This document shows positions 28,340 to 40,300 of a stretch of 60,433 bases of DNA, one piece after another. How positions within the stretch are numbered: position 1 is the first letter of the stretch; each line of letters opens with the position of its first letter. The position numbers were made by a program, and so were the translations under genes. The notes under the pieces are model-generated. The model searched no databases and was not told the origin of the DNA. It was given only the letters and a program-made list of their open reading frames with translations. Source of the DNA: an uncultured Bacilli bacterium (lineage in GTDB: Bacteria > Bacillota_I > Bacilli_A > RF39 > UBA660). Where the stretch lies: contig CANQHF010000005.1 of NCBI GenBank assembly GCA_947623685.1, positions 1 to 60,433 of the forward strand, in the 5' to 3' direction.

Positions 28340-28440
28340 AGCACTTCCTTTTACTTATTATCCTACGATATCAATTTTATTATAACTCAAAGAAAATATT
28401 TTTACTAGAAAAAACAAATAACACGTAAACACGAAAAATA

Positions 28441-28465
28441 AAAAGTGGAATTATCTTCCACTTTT
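28441..28465. terminator. bidirectional rho-independent terminator
   Basis: AAAA-GTGGAA-ttatc-TTCCAC-TTTT just after the stop of 28470..30386. Confidence 0.65.
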
Positions 28466-28469
28466 CTAA

Positions 28470-30386
28470 TTATGCTCCTACTATTTCAAAGTTATCATCA
28501 GTAAATTCTTTTCTAACATATCTATTATAATTATCTATAACTGTAAAACCCATACTTTTCAAAAACGCTTTAGTTTTTTCATCTTTAACTATTATTTTAA
28601 TTGTAGCAGAAACGAGATACGAAGGGATATTTCCTCTATCAAACATAAAGTCATTTAAAGTATCATTTATTTTATCAAATGTGGCATTTCGTAAATCTAA
28701 ATTTATTAGTGAGCTACAACCAGAAAACATATCTCTCACAGTGGTTACATTTGATGTATCAAATGATGATAAATCCAAAGTTTCTAATGAATAACAGGTA
28801 TAAAACATACTTTCCATGTTAGTTACATTTGATGTATCAAATGATGATAAATCTATACTTTGCAATCTATCACATTCATAAAACATATAACTCATATTCT
28901 CGGCGTTTCTTGTGTTAAAACTAGTTAAATCTAAAGTTTTTAAACCTGTACATAAATAGAACATCGCAGTCATATCTTTTACTTTTGCAAAGTTTTCTTT
29001 TTCTGAAAAAATAATACTTTCAATGGAAGGGCTCCCAGAAAACATTCCACGTTCTTGATACTCCCCATTAACACGAGAACGTCCACCAACAGTTATTACA
29101 TTTGACGTATCAAAACTTGATAAATCTAAAGTTTTTAAATTTTCACAATTTGAAAACATTGAAGACATATCTGTTACTTTGGAAGTGTCAAAGTTTTTTA
29201 AATTTAGATTTGTTACATAAACCCCACTAAACATATCCATCATATTTGTCACGTTTTTAGTATTAAAACTTGATACATTTAAATTTTTTGATTGACATCC
29301 TGAAAACATTAAAGACATATCTGTTACTTTTTCCGTGTTAAATTTTGTTAAATCTAATTCTTGTATTGCACTAGCAGCAAACATACCAGTCATATTAGTT
29401 ACGTTTTTAGTATCAAATTTTGTTAAATCCAAGTTTTGTATTCCAGAATCAGTTCCCATTCCAACGTAAAAAAACATAAATGACATATCATCTACTTGTG
29501 ATGTATCAACATAACTAAAATCTATACTTTTTAGCTGTGTAAAGTAAAAAAACATATTGTAACTTTTTTTGGGAAATATTACGCTTCCATTACCACCTAT
29601 AGTAAGCTCATATAAACCATTATTATCAGTATCTGTATACCATGCTATAACGGAATTATCATGTTTTTCAGATGCATCCCAACTATTTATAGCACCATTT
29701 CCAACTTCTGTTGTTGGAGCAAATTTTATTGATTCTATTTGCATTCTATTTACATTACCATTAAAGCAATTAAAATCTATACTTTCAAAATCTGAATTTT
29801 CATCAAATATATTAACATATTGTGGCGTTGCCAAAATAGAGTTTGGTTTTATAAACTTAAATAATAATTTTATATCTAGATTAGTTTTTTCTGGTAATGC
29901 TGTTAATCCTTCTTTATATTTAAACGTTATAGTAAATTCTTTTTTTGTAGCAGGTTCTATAGCTTCTTTTAAGCTAATATTTTGTAATTCATATTCTATA
30001 TACTCGTTATTTTTTAATTCTTCTTTTATGGCATCAATTATCATGGATACGTTTCCAGTATTTGCAACTGTTACTTTATATGTTACCATTGAATCTATTT
30101 GTTTTAAATCAATTCCTATTTTAATTGTGTCTTTGGAGTATTTGCTAGAATAACTTTCTATACCATTATTTGTTGTTTCCTGTAGCTCTAAATTTGTTAT
30201 TCTTATGTCTTTTTCTACTCTAAAGACCGCTTCACTACTAATACTTAAATCTTGAGATAAAGCACCGTATCCAACAGTTAGAGTTATTGTTAGTACTAAC
30301 AATAACAGCAATATTATATTGCTGTTATGAGTGTTATTGGTTTTTTGACTTTTTTCTTTTCCTAGTTTTATTTTTTTAAATTTCAT
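28470..30386 (-). CDS. secreted/anchored surface protein with BspA-type (DUF285-like) leucine-rich repeats
   Basis: N-terminal TM/signal plus LTVGYGALSQDLSI leader; about 10 repeats of LDLSSFDTSNVTxMxxMF..C..L; N-terminal roughly 150-aa domain (VEKDIRITN...VTVANTGNV) shared with 46659..48398. Confidence 0.8.
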   Translation of the reverse strand: MKFKKIKLGKEKSQKTNNTHNSNIILLLLLVLTITLTVGYGALSQDLSISSEAVFRVEKDIRITNLELQETTNNGIESYSSKYSKDTIKIGIDLKQIDSMVTYKVTVANTGNVSMIIDAIKEELKNNEYIEYELQNISLKEAIEPATKKEFTITFKYKEGLTALPEKTNLDIKLLFKFIKPNSILATPQYVNIFDENSDFESIDFNCFNGNVNRMQIESIKFAPTTEVGNGAINSWDASEKHDNSVIAWYTDTDNNGLYELTIGGNGSVIFPKKSYNMFFYFTQLKSIDFSYVDTSQVDDMSFMFFYVGMGTDSGIQNLDLTKFDTKNVTNMTGMFAASAIQELDLTKFNTEKVTDMSLMFSGCQSKNLNVSSFNTKNVTNMMDMFSGVYVTNLNLKNFDTSKVTDMSSMFSNCENLKTLDLSSFDTSNVITVGGRSRVNGEYQERGMFSGSPSIESIIFSEKENFAKVKDMTAMFYLCTGLKTLDLTSFNTRNAENMSYMFYECDRLQSIDLSSFDTSNVTNMESMFYTCYSLETLDLSSFDTSNVTTVRDMFSGCSSLINLDLRNATFDKINDTLNDFMFDRGNIPSYLVSATIKIIVKDEKTKAFLKSMGFTVIDNYNRYVRKEFTDDNFEIVGA

Positions 30387-30494
30387 TTTATCAACCTACT
30401 TTTATTGGTTATTATATCTGTTAAAATAATAACATATTATCTATTTAAATGCAATTAAAAGTATTAAGAAAAAAAAGATGGTAGTAATACCATC

Positions 30495-32861
30495 TTAATT
30501 TTTAAACTGTGAGTTATAAAGTTCTGCATAAAAACCATTTTTCTTCATTAATTCTTTATGATTTCCTTGTTCTATTATGTTACCTTCATTCATAACTAGA
30601 ATTTTATCGGCGTTTTTTATCGTGGATAATCTATGTGCAATTATAAATGATGTTCTTCCTTTCGTTAGTTTATCCATTGCCTTTTGAACTAACTCTTCGG
30701 TTCTTGTATCAACACTTGATGTTGCTTCATCCAAAATCAAGAACGGTGCATCTTTAATCATACCACGAGCAATGGTTAAAAGTTGTTTTTGTCCCGCTGA
30801 TATAGAATCATTATCTTTTACCTTATAATCTAAAACCCCCGGTAATGATTTTACAAAATGATCCACTCCAACGGTTTTTAATGCTTCCATTATTTTTTCA
30901 TCACTTATTTTTGTTTTATTATATCGTACGTTTTCTCTAATCGTTCCATCAAAAAGCCAAGTATCTTGAAGAACCATGATGAATAAATCATGAACGTTTT
31001 TCCTTGTCAATTCTTTTGTTGATACACCATCAATTAATATTTCACCTTCCGTTAGGTCGTAAAATTTCATAAGCAAATTAACCATCGTTGTTTTACCTGC
31101 CCCGGTAGGCCCTACTATAGCAACTTTTTCTCCAGGGTTAACCTTACAATTAAAATCCTTAATTATTACTTTATCATCATCGTAACCAAATTTAACGTGT
31201 TTAAATTCTATTTGTCCCTTAACATTTTTTGGATCAAGTTTTTTGGTTATTTTACTCTCATCTGTCATTTCTTCTTCCTCAATGAATTCAAAAACTCTTT
31301 CCGCTGCAGCAGCAGTAGACTGGATGCTGGTCATTCCTTGAGCAATTTGCGAAAGTGGTGATGTAAATAGTCTTACGTAAATCATAAAGGCAACGATAAC
31401 ACCAAAAGTAATGTAATTATTAATTACAAGACTTGCTCCAACAACACAAACACAAACGTACCCAAAGTTACCAATGAAGTTCATCATCGATGGCATAAGT
31501 CCAGATAAAAACTGACTTTTTTGATTACATAAAAACACGTTATCATTTAATTCATCAAAGGTTTTTGATGAATCATAATTACCATTATAGGCCTTAACAA
31601 CGTTATGATTAGTATATATTTCTTCTATGTGTCCATTTAGTTTACCTAGTTCAACTTGTCTTGCTAAAAAGTATTTTTGTGACTTTCCAAGCACTAATGA
31701 CATAAATACAAAACCAAATAATGATGATATAATTGCCGTTATTGCCATTGTCCAGTTAGTTACAAACATCATTATTACACACCCTATAAATAATGCTGTG
31801 GCACTAACTAATGAACCTAAACTTTGGGATAAATTAACTCCTATGGTATCAACGTCGTTAGTAACCCTTGATAATATATCACCGGTTGAATGCGTATCAA
31901 AATATTTTAAAGCTAAATTATTTATCTTAACTGATATTTTAGTTCTTAAGGTTTTAGCAAACTTATTAGACATAATCGCCATTAAAAAACTTTGAAGAAA
32001 GTTAAATAAAGCACTTATTAAATATAAAGTAATTAAAAATACAATAATCGTTTTTATCTTTTTAATATCTAATTTTGGTTTAACTTGCTTTTTTACGTTT
32101 TTAGGTAGTTTATCTACTTTTTTATATAATGCGTTAACATTTGTATTTTTAGTATCATTACCCATTAAACTCAAAAGCTTAAGTTTATCACTAGTTGTTA
32201 TTAAGGTTCCATTAACCTTGCTATCAGGAAGTAATATTTTTTGAATTGAACTTGGAAATAAAGATAATTTTGTCATTAACATATTATTATCTTTTGAATT
32301 TAAATCACTAATTATCTTAATAAAAGATACTTTATCACTTGATGATACTAAAACATTATCAATTACGCTTTCTTTTAAAATAATTTTATTAATACTATCT
32401 GGTAAATTTGATATATTAACCAAAAGTTCATCATTAGATAAATTACTTGCGTTTTTCAAAAATTCATTAAATTTAACTTTATCATCTAAAGTTATATCAT
32501 TAGATGAGTTTATTTTAACTATCGTATTATTTGATAAATCAAAGTTTAAAACGTTTTTGCTTACGCTCGTAAACTTTTCTTCATTTAACGTTTTTGTAAC
32601 ATCTTTAATTATATTATTTAAACCATCTTTATTTATAACTAATCCTTTTGATAACTCGTCGGTTAAATCACTTAATTTATTAGGTCCTATAATTGAAAGA
32701 ACACTTGATAAGGCCGCTAATAAAAGGGCAATTACTAAAACTGATATAAAAGGCTTTAAGTACTTAAACATCTTTTTTAACGTAAGTGACAAATTCTTTG
32801 GTTTTTCAAAGTTTCTACCCCTCATTCTTGGAGCTACGGTTTTATTTTTTCCATTATTCAT
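30495..32861 (-). CDS. ABC exporter permease/ATPase subunit with a large extracytoplasmic insertion between TM1 and TM2
   Basis: Walker A GPTGAGKTT, signature SAGQKQ, Walker B FLILDEATS; six-TM domain interrupted by about 200 extra residues. Confidence 0.88.
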   Translation of the reverse strand: MNNGKNKTVAPRMRGRNFEKPKNLSLTLKKMFKYLKPFISVLVIALLLAALSSVLSIIGPNKLSDLTDELSKGLVINKDGLNNIIKDVTKTLNEEKFTSVSKNVLNFDLSNNTIVKINSSNDITLDDKVKFNEFLKNASNLSNDELLVNISNLPDSINKIILKESVIDNVLVSSSDKVSFIKIISDLNSKDNNMLMTKLSLFPSSIQKILLPDSKVNGTLITTSDKLKLLSLMGNDTKNTNVNALYKKVDKLPKNVKKQVKPKLDIKKIKTIIVFLITLYLISALFNFLQSFLMAIMSNKFAKTLRTKISVKINNLALKYFDTHSTGDILSRVTNDVDTIGVNLSQSLGSLVSATALFIGCVIMMFVTNWTMAITAIISSLFGFVFMSLVLGKSQKYFLARQVELGKLNGHIEEIYTNHNVVKAYNGNYDSSKTFDELNDNVFLCNQKSQFLSGLMPSMMNFIGNFGYVCVCVVGASLVINNYITFGVIVAFMIYVRLFTSPLSQIAQGMTSIQSTAAAAERVFEFIEEEEMTDESKITKKLDPKNVKGQIEFKHVKFGYDDDKVIIKDFNCKVNPGEKVAIVGPTGAGKTTMVNLLMKFYDLTEGEILIDGVSTKELTRKNVHDLFIMVLQDTWLFDGTIRENVRYNKTKISDEKIMEALKTVGVDHFVKSLPGVLDYKVKDNDSISAGQKQLLTIARGMIKDAPFLILDEATSSVDTRTEELVQKAMDKLTKGRTSFIIAHRLSTIKNADKILVMNEGNIIEQGNHKELMKKNGFYAELYNSQFKN

Positions 32862-34606
32862 TTTAAAAGCTCCTTTCTTGTTACTTGCGATAAAGCAATT
32901 TCTTCATACACCTTACAGTTTTTAAGTAAGTTTTTATGTTTTCCTATTCCAACTACCCTTCCTTTATCTAATACAACTATATTATCAGCATTCATTATGG
33001 TACCTACCCTTTGAGCTACGATGATATTAGTTGCATTTTTTAAGTTTTCTTTTAATTCTTTTCTTAACTTATAATCCGTTTTATAATCTAGGGCACTAAA
33101 CGAATCATCAAACACAAATATTTCTGGATTTTTATAAATTGCACGAGCAATAGCAAGTCTTTGTTTTTGACCACCAGAAATATTAGTACCACCCGATGCA
33201 ACGTTTGAGTCATACTCATCTGGCATTTTTTTAATAAATTCACTTGCTTGAGCAATTTTAGATGCCTTTTTTATTTGATCTTCCTTGATTTCGTTTTTAC
33301 CATAAGCAATGTTATAATTAACGGAACCATCAAACATAACGGCACGTTGCGGTATATAACCTAATTTTTCATACAATGCTTCTAGCTTATAATCTTTTAT
33401 GTTTACACCATCAATTAAGATTTCACCTTCCGTTACGTCATAAAATCTCATAATTAAGTTTACAATCGTTGATTTACCAGATCCAGTAGAACCAATTATC
33501 GCTAAAGTATCACCTTTGTTTGCCTTAAATGATATATCTTTTAAAACATATTCATCAGCATCGGGATACTTAAATGATACATTTTTAAATTCTATTTGAC
33601 CAGTTATTGTTTCATCACCGATAAAATCACCATCTTTTATCGGCTCAACGGTATCTAATACTTCGGTTATACGATTTGCAGAAACACTTGCTCTTGGATA
33701 CATTATAAACACCATTGCAAGCATTAAAAATGACATTAAAACTTGCATTGCATAACTAGAAAAGACAACCATGTTACTAAATATTGTTAACCTATCATAC
33801 ATTCCTGCACCATTTATTAAAAACGCCCCTATCGCATATATAGAAAGAGTTAAAAAGTTCATAATTAAATACATTGAAGGCGACATAATAGACATTACTT
33901 TTTGGTTAAAAGTCTGGGTCTTCGTTAAAGTATCATTTGCATCCTCAAACTTTTTTTCTTGATATTTTTCTGAATTAAAGGCCCTTATTACCCTAATGCC
34001 ATTTAAATTTTCGCGAGCTACTTGGTTTATATTATCAATTAGCTTTTGAACAATTTTAAACCTTGGTAAAACGGTTATCATAAGAATTACTATAATAATA
34101 AGTAAAATCAAAACCGCAATAAGGGTTGCTAAGCTCCATTGCCAACCTTTATTAAAAATTTTAATTATAGCCCATACGGCGGTAATTGGTGCTTTAATAA
34201 GCATTTGAAGCCCCATTGATATAAACATTTGAATGTTTGTTATATCATTAGTTGTCCTAGTTATTAAGCTACTTGTTCTAAACTTTTTCATCATTTCCAT
34301 ACTAAAAGATTGTACTTTCTCAAATAAAGTTTTTCTTGTTCTTTTAGAAAAAGTTGCCGAAACATAAGAAACTAAATATCCAACTAAAAACGCTGATATA
34401 AGAGATGCAAAAGCACAAGAAAGCATATAAGCACCTTGCGTTAAAACCTCGCTTATCTTTGTTCCTTCGGTTTGAACTAACTTAGTTATTTCACTCATAT
34501 AATCAGGCAATTTTAAATCAAGCCAAACTTGAAACACAATTAAAAAAATGCAAATTAAAATTAACGCAAAATCTTTTTTTCTAAATTCTTTTATTAACTT
34601 TAACAT
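32858..34606 (-). CDS. ABC exporter permease/ATPase subunit (heterodimer partner)
   Basis: Walker A GSTGSGKST, signature SGGQKQR, Walker B FVFDDSFSALD; ATGA overlap with the downstream gene. Confidence 0.9.
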   Translation of the reverse strand: MLKLIKEFRKKDFALILICIFLIVFQVWLDLKLPDYMSEITKLVQTEGTKISEVLTQGAYMLSCAFASLISAFLVGYLVSYVSATFSKRTRKTLFEKVQSFSMEMMKKFRTSSLITRTTNDITNIQMFISMGLQMLIKAPITAVWAIIKIFNKGWQWSLATLIAVLILLIIIVILMITVLPRFKIVQKLIDNINQVARENLNGIRVIRAFNSEKYQEKKFEDANDTLTKTQTFNQKVMSIMSPSMYLIMNFLTLSIYAIGAFLINGAGMYDRLTIFSNMVVFSSYAMQVLMSFLMLAMVFIMYPRASVSANRITEVLDTVEPIKDGDFIGDETITGQIEFKNVSFKYPDADEYVLKDISFKANKGDTLAIIGSTGSGKSTIVNLIMRFYDVTEGEILIDGVNIKDYKLEALYEKLGYIPQRAVMFDGSVNYNIAYGKNEIKEDQIKKASKIAQASEFIKKMPDEYDSNVASGGTNISGGQKQRLAIARAIYKNPEIFVFDDSFSALDYKTDYKLRKELKENLKNATNIIVAQRVGTIMNADNIVVLDKGRVVGIGKHKNLLKNCKVYEEIALSQVTRKELLK

Positions 34607-34618
34607 AATAAATCTCCT

Positions 34619-35050
34619 TTATTTTAAATTTTCCTTTATTTTATCAATTATTTTAATAAAATTACTTTTTTCTTCATCCGTAATCTTATTTAATAAAACC
34701 TTTTCAAAATTCGCCATTTTATTTTCTATCTCTTTATGTTTATTCAAACTATTGGAAGTTAATGCAATTTTCTTTTTTCTTGCATCAACTTCTGAATCAA
34801 GTCTTTTTATTAAATTATTCTTCTCCATCGTATTTAAAATACCAGATATAGTAGAACGCCTTAATAACATTTCTTTTTCAATATCGCTTTGATGAATAAC
34901 TTTATCTTTATTATCAAATAAATACTTTAATATTCTTACTTGCGTATTGGTTAACTTCCTTTTGTTAACCCCTTTAAATAATTTTCTTTCAATCATATTA
35001 TCTAACATTTTAATTTCAAATGATATTTTTCTTTCCTTCATAAACATCAT
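34619..35050 (-). CDS. MarR-family transcriptional regulator
   Basis: About 140-aa winged-helix layout (LTNTQVRILKYL...RRSTISGILNTMEKNNLIKR), first gene of the ABC operon. Confidence 0.8.
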   Translation of the reverse strand: MMFMKERKISFEIKMLDNMIERKLFKGVNKRKLTNTQVRILKYLFDNKDKVIHQSDIEKEMLLRRSTISGILNTMEKNNLIKRLDSEVDARKKKIALTSNSLNKHKEIENKMANFEKVLLNKITDEEKSNFIKIIDKIKENLK

Positions 35051-35153
35051 CCTTCCTTATTGTAAGGTAGCTAACAAAAATAATTCTATCATAATATATT
35101 AATGTGGTCAACTTCTAATTAAATAAAAAAACTAGAAATAAAATTCTAGCTTT

Positions 35154-35942
35154 CTAAACACCCATCGTTAACGTTTCCGGTAAGGTTGATGCTCCATCTA
35201 TTACAATTCCTTGACCAGTTATATAACTTGATTCATCACTTGCTAAAAACGCTGCTAACTCTCCTACTTCTAAAATATCGCCTAACCTTTTCATTGGAAT
35301 AGCACCTGCTATACCATCTATTACTTCTTGTGGGTTTTCTTTGTTAGATACCACCGCCATTTTTTCTACCATTGGAGTTAATATGTATCCAGGTAGTATT
35401 GCATTAACCCTTATGTTGTCATTTACTAATTCAATGGCAAGTGATTTAGTAAAGCCTAAAATAGCGGCTTTAGTCGTTGCATAGGCAACTTCACCAACGT
35501 CCGCAACCGAAATGCCAGTTACACTAGATAAATTAATAATTGATGCCTTTTTGGCTTTTTTCATAAGCGGCAAAATATACTTAGTAACATTCCACGTTCC
35601 TTTTATATTAATGTCAAAATGTTTATCCCTTAATTCAAATGACATATCTTCAAACTTTTCTAACATACATATACCCGCGTTATTAACAAGAATATCTATC
35701 TTACCAAACTTACCTTCAATTGATTTAGCAACCGCTTCAACCATTTTACTATCTTTTATGTCCACTTTATAACCAGTTACATCATATCCTTGGTTTTTTA
35801 AATCTTTAATTGTATTAACGATTTCATCTGCGTAATCAAGAATTATAACCTTTGCTTTATACTTTAAAAATACCTTTACAATCCCAAGCCCATTACCCAT
35901 TGCACCACCGGTTATAACGGCTATTTTACCTTCTAATTTCAT
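35154..35942 (-). CDS. SDR-family oxidoreductase
   Basis: TGGAMGNGLG, NNAG, YATTKAA (YxxxK) motifs. Confidence 0.88.
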   Translation of the reverse strand: MKLEGKIAVITGGAMGNGLGIVKVFLKYKAKVIILDYADEIVNTIKDLKNQGYDVTGYKVDIKDSKMVEAVAKSIEGKFGKIDILVNNAGICMLEKFEDMSFELRDKHFDINIKGTWNVTKYILPLMKKAKKASIINLSSVTGISVADVGEVAYATTKAAILGFTKSLAIELVNDNIRVNAILPGYILTPMVEKMAVVSNKENPQEVIDGIAGAIPMKRLGDILEVGELAAFLASDESSYITGQGIVIDGASTLPETLTMGV

Positions 35943-35982
35943 TTTTATTCTCCTTTTATTAATATTAATATTTATATGTAAT

Positions 35983-37242
35983 TTATTTTAGTTTAAGAAA
36001 ACTTATACATTCAACGTGGCTTGTATTAGGAAACATATCAACTGGAATAATTTTTTTTATAGTATATAAATCAGTTAGATAAGATAAATCCCTTGCCATA
36101 GTAACTGGATTACATGATATATAAACTATTTTTTTTGGAAGGATTCTCTTCATTATTGCAATAGTTTTTCGATCAATTCCCTTTCTTGGTGGGTCAACAA
36201 ATATTACGTCTATTTTATCTTTTATCTTAATTATTTCTTTTAAAACATCCCCGCAAATAAAAGTTACGTTATTAATGTTATTTATTTTAGCGTTTACTTT
36301 TGCGTCTAAAACCGCATCCTTTACTATTTCTATACCAATTACTTTTTTTACGTGATTTGCTACTATACAAGTTATCGTTCCTGTTCCAGAATACAAATCT
36401 AGTACTACATCTTCCTTACTTAAATTGCAAACTTTAATTGCTGCATCATATAATTTTTCACATGCGCTGCTATTTACTTGAAAAAACGATTTTGAAGAAC
36501 AATTAAACATCAAACCATTGGATATTTGGCTTATGTAACCATTACCATACACTATTTTATCATTAAAAATTACGGTTTTTAAATTACTAATGTTAGTTGT
36601 AATATAATTTAAAATTTTTACGTCATTATCATCTAAAGAATAAATATCAATTAAGATTTCATCAAGGGCATTGCCATGTTTTATCGTAATTGTTTTTATT
36701 TTATTTTCATTATCTAAAATATATTTTCTTATAACCCTTAAAGCATCATTTATACTTTTTTCTGCCAAAAGACAGTTATCTATATCAGTTAATTGATACG
36801 TTCCAAGGCCATAAAAACCTATTCTATTATTTTCTAGTTTAAAACTTACTTTGTTACGATAGTTATCATCTTTTAAAGAAGGAATAACATCTTCTGGTTC
36901 TTTATCTATCTTACCAATTCTTTTTAGAGCCGTTGTTATTTTTTCCTTTTTAAATTTTAGATTTTCATCCGTACTTTGATGTCTTAAATTACATCCACCA
37001 CATTCACCATAATACGGGCATTTAGATTGTAATCTTTTTTGTGAAGGTTTTATTATTTCAACTATTTTGCCGATTGCAAAATTCTTTTTTATTTCGGTTA
37101 TTCTTATTTTTACTATCTCATCTTTTAAAGCCTTTGGAACAAATACTACCATTTTGTTTATTTTACATACACCTTTAGCATCATTTTCTAAAGCTGTTAT
37201 ATTTACTTCGTATATTTCATCTATTTTAACGGTTCCAACCAT
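35983..37242 (-). CDS. 23S rRNA (uracil-C5)-methyltransferase, RumA/RlmCD family
   Basis: N-terminal TRAM domain, CPYYGECGGCNLRH Fe-S motif, DLYSGTGT SAM motif, VDPPRKG, YISCNP. Confidence 0.88.
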   Translation of the reverse strand: MVGTVKIDEIYEVNITALENDAKGVCKINKMVVFVPKALKDEIVKIRITEIKKNFAIGKIVEIIKPSQKRLQSKCPYYGECGGCNLRHQSTDENLKFKKEKITTALKRIGKIDKEPEDVIPSLKDDNYRNKVSFKLENNRIGFYGLGTYQLTDIDNCLLAEKSINDALRVIRKYILDNENKIKTITIKHGNALDEILIDIYSLDDNDVKILNYITTNISNLKTVIFNDKIVYGNGYISQISNGLMFNCSSKSFFQVNSSACEKLYDAAIKVCNLSKEDVVLDLYSGTGTITCIVANHVKKVIGIEIVKDAVLDAKVNAKINNINNVTFICGDVLKEIIKIKDKIDVIFVDPPRKGIDRKTIAIMKRILPKKIVYISCNPVTMARDLSYLTDLYTIKKIIPVDMFPNTSHVECISFLKLK

Positions 37243-37302
37243 TTATATCACCTACACTAATTATATATTACTATGTTTTTTACCAAAAAATTAAAATGAT
37301 AG

Positions 37303-40300
37303 TTACTCTTTTTGAGATAAACTTTTGTAATACTCAAATCTTTTTTTAGCAGTTTGTTTATTAATTTCAAAAAGTTCACTTGCTCTTTTTTCATTAACTA
37401 ATTTAGTCATAGCGTATCTATTTTCTTTATTTAAAAACTCTTCATATTTATCAAAGTCTGGGTTTTTATAATCCAAGGTTAATTTTTCTTTTTCTGGGTC
37501 ATATCTAAACAATGTCCAGTAACCACTTTCAACCGCTAGGCGCTCTTGGAAAACGCTATCTTGCATTCCGTTTTTTATACCGTGGGTAATGCAAGGTGCA
37601 TAAGCGATTATAATTGATGGCCCATTATGATTTTGAGCTTCCTTTATCGCGTTAATTGCTTGCTGCATATTAGCACCCAAACTAATTTGAGCAACATAAA
37701 CATCATCATAGTTAAGTGCCATTCTTGCTAAATCCTTTTTCTTACCACTTTTTCCAGTGGAAGCAAATTTAGCGGTTGCTCCGCTTCTCGTGGATTTAGA
37801 TTGCTGTCCACCAGTATTAGAATATACTTCAGTATCTAAAACTAATATATTAACGTTTTGCCCACTTGCCAAAACGTGATCTACTCCATCATAACCAATA
37901 TCATAAGCCCAACCATCACCACCTATTATCCAAACTGATTTAGGCATTATGTATTTTTTAAGTCGTTCAGCCTTAATAGACTCGCTAAAATCAAAGTTAT
38001 GAAGCATATTAATTGATTTTTCGGTTGAATCTTCATCATCTAACCACTGTCTTGCAATTGATTCATTTTCTTCTGATAAATTACTATTTTCTAAAATACT
38101 TTTTATTCTTTGCTTTTGAATTAAATCTCCCATTTTAATACCAAGTCCAAACTCAGCGTTATCTTCAAAAAGAGAGTTAGCCCAAGATACGTTATAAGGC
38201 ATTGAAGGTAATGATGCACCATATATTGAAGAACAACCAGTTGCGTTTGCAATAACTAATTTATCACCAATTATTTGGGTTAATAACTTTATGTAAGGTG
38301 TTTGCCCGCATCCAGCACAAGCACCAGAAAACTCAAATAAAGGTTTTTCAAATTGAGAACCTTTAATGGTATCCTTTGAAAATAAATTTTTGTTTAAATC
38401 ATCTTCAAACATAACCGATACGTTTTTTTTGTATGCGTTATTTTTATCTTTCATAACAATGGCCTTTTCTTTAGCTGGACAAATGCTTTGACATACTCCG
38501 CAGCCAGTACAATCCTTCCAAGAAATACCCATGTAAAAATATAAGTCATCTTTTCCTATAACTTTAGCTACTTTATCTTCAACGTCATATTTTAAAACTT
38601 CATCATGCGTTAGGATAAAAGGTCTTATTACTCCATGCGGACACGCTAAAGCGCACATATTACACTGGATGCACTTATCTTTATCCCAGCACGGAAGCAT
38701 ATTTGCAATGTCTCTTTTTTCTAGTTTACTAGTTGATGGCAAAAAACTTCCGTCCATGTGTTTTTCAAAATCACTAACTAAAAGTTTATTACCTTCTAAA
38801 CTAGATATATACTTCATTACTTTATCATCCATTAAATTATTTTGATTAGCTTTATCATCAGATAACATTGTCATATTAATATCAACTTTAGTTAAAGCAT
38901 CAACGGCTTCATCAATGGCGGATAAGTTACTATTAACTATATCACTACCTTTTTTGCTAAACTTCTTTTTTACCTGTTGTTTTATTTTATCAATTATTAA
39001 ATCATAATTAACTAAATTTCCAACCTTAAACATAGCCGTTTCCATAATCATACTTACCTTGTTTATGATGTTATGTCTTTTAGCAATATCAAAGGCATCA
39101 ATGGTGTAAAAACAAACATTTTTATCAATTATTTCTTGCTTTACTTTATTTGGCAAAAAATCTATTAAATCACTACCCTTTTTATCAGTTACTAAAATAA
39201 AGGTTCCATTGTTTTTAATTTTATCTAAAATATCATATCTTAATAAATATGTATCTTTGGTGCAAACAAGTAAATTTGCTTTTTCAACGTAATATGGTCT
39301 ATTAATTTCTTCTCTTGCAATTCTAAGGTGAGACCTTGTTACGCCACCTGATTTTTTTGAGTCATACTCAAAATATCCTTGTACAAAAGCATCGGTATAA
39401 TTTCCCATAATGGTAATTACATCTTTTGATGCGGTAACCATACCATCAGAACCATATCCATATACTAATATTTCCCTAGTTCCCTTATGTTTAATTTTAT
39501 AATCAGGTATCTTTATGCTTCTGTTTGTTAAATCATCTTCTATTCCAACCGTAAATGAAGTAAAACAATTTGGATCATCCAAAAAGTCAAACACCGCCTT
39601 TATGCAAGCTGCTGAAGTGTTTTTACTTGATAAACCATATCTTCCGCCAATAATTAAAGGACGAACATCTTTATCTTGATATAAAGCACAAACGTCTAAA
39701 TATAATGGTTCTCCAATTGAACCTGGTTCTTTAGTTCTATCTAATACCGCAATCTTCTTAACGGTTTTAGGAATAACATCAAAAAAGTATTTTTTACTAA
39801 AAGGTCTATATAAATGTACTTCTACTAACCCTAAACCTTTTTCGTTTTGAACAACTTCCTTTATGGTATCGCAAACTGATCCCATTGCAACGATAACCTT
39901 ACTTGCATCTTTATCACCATAATAATTAAATGGTTTATAATCCTTACCAGTTATCTCGTTTATTTTTTGCATATAATCATTAACAACATCAGGCATTTTA
40001 TCATATTTTACGTTTCTTGCTTCCGTGTTTTGAAAATAAACATCATCATTTTGATTAGTTCCGCGTATTACTTTTTTAGCAATCAAACTTCTATCCTTAA
40101 AATCATCTAAAGCTTTTTTATTTAACATATAAAGTAAATCATTACCATCCAAAACTTCTATTTTTTTAAGTTCGTGAGATGTTCTAAAACCATCAAAGAA
40201 GTTTAAAACCGGCATACTATTATCAATTGCTGATAAGTAAGATACCGCCGTTAGGTTCATAACGTCTTGAACGTTTGATGATGCAATCATTGAAAAACCA

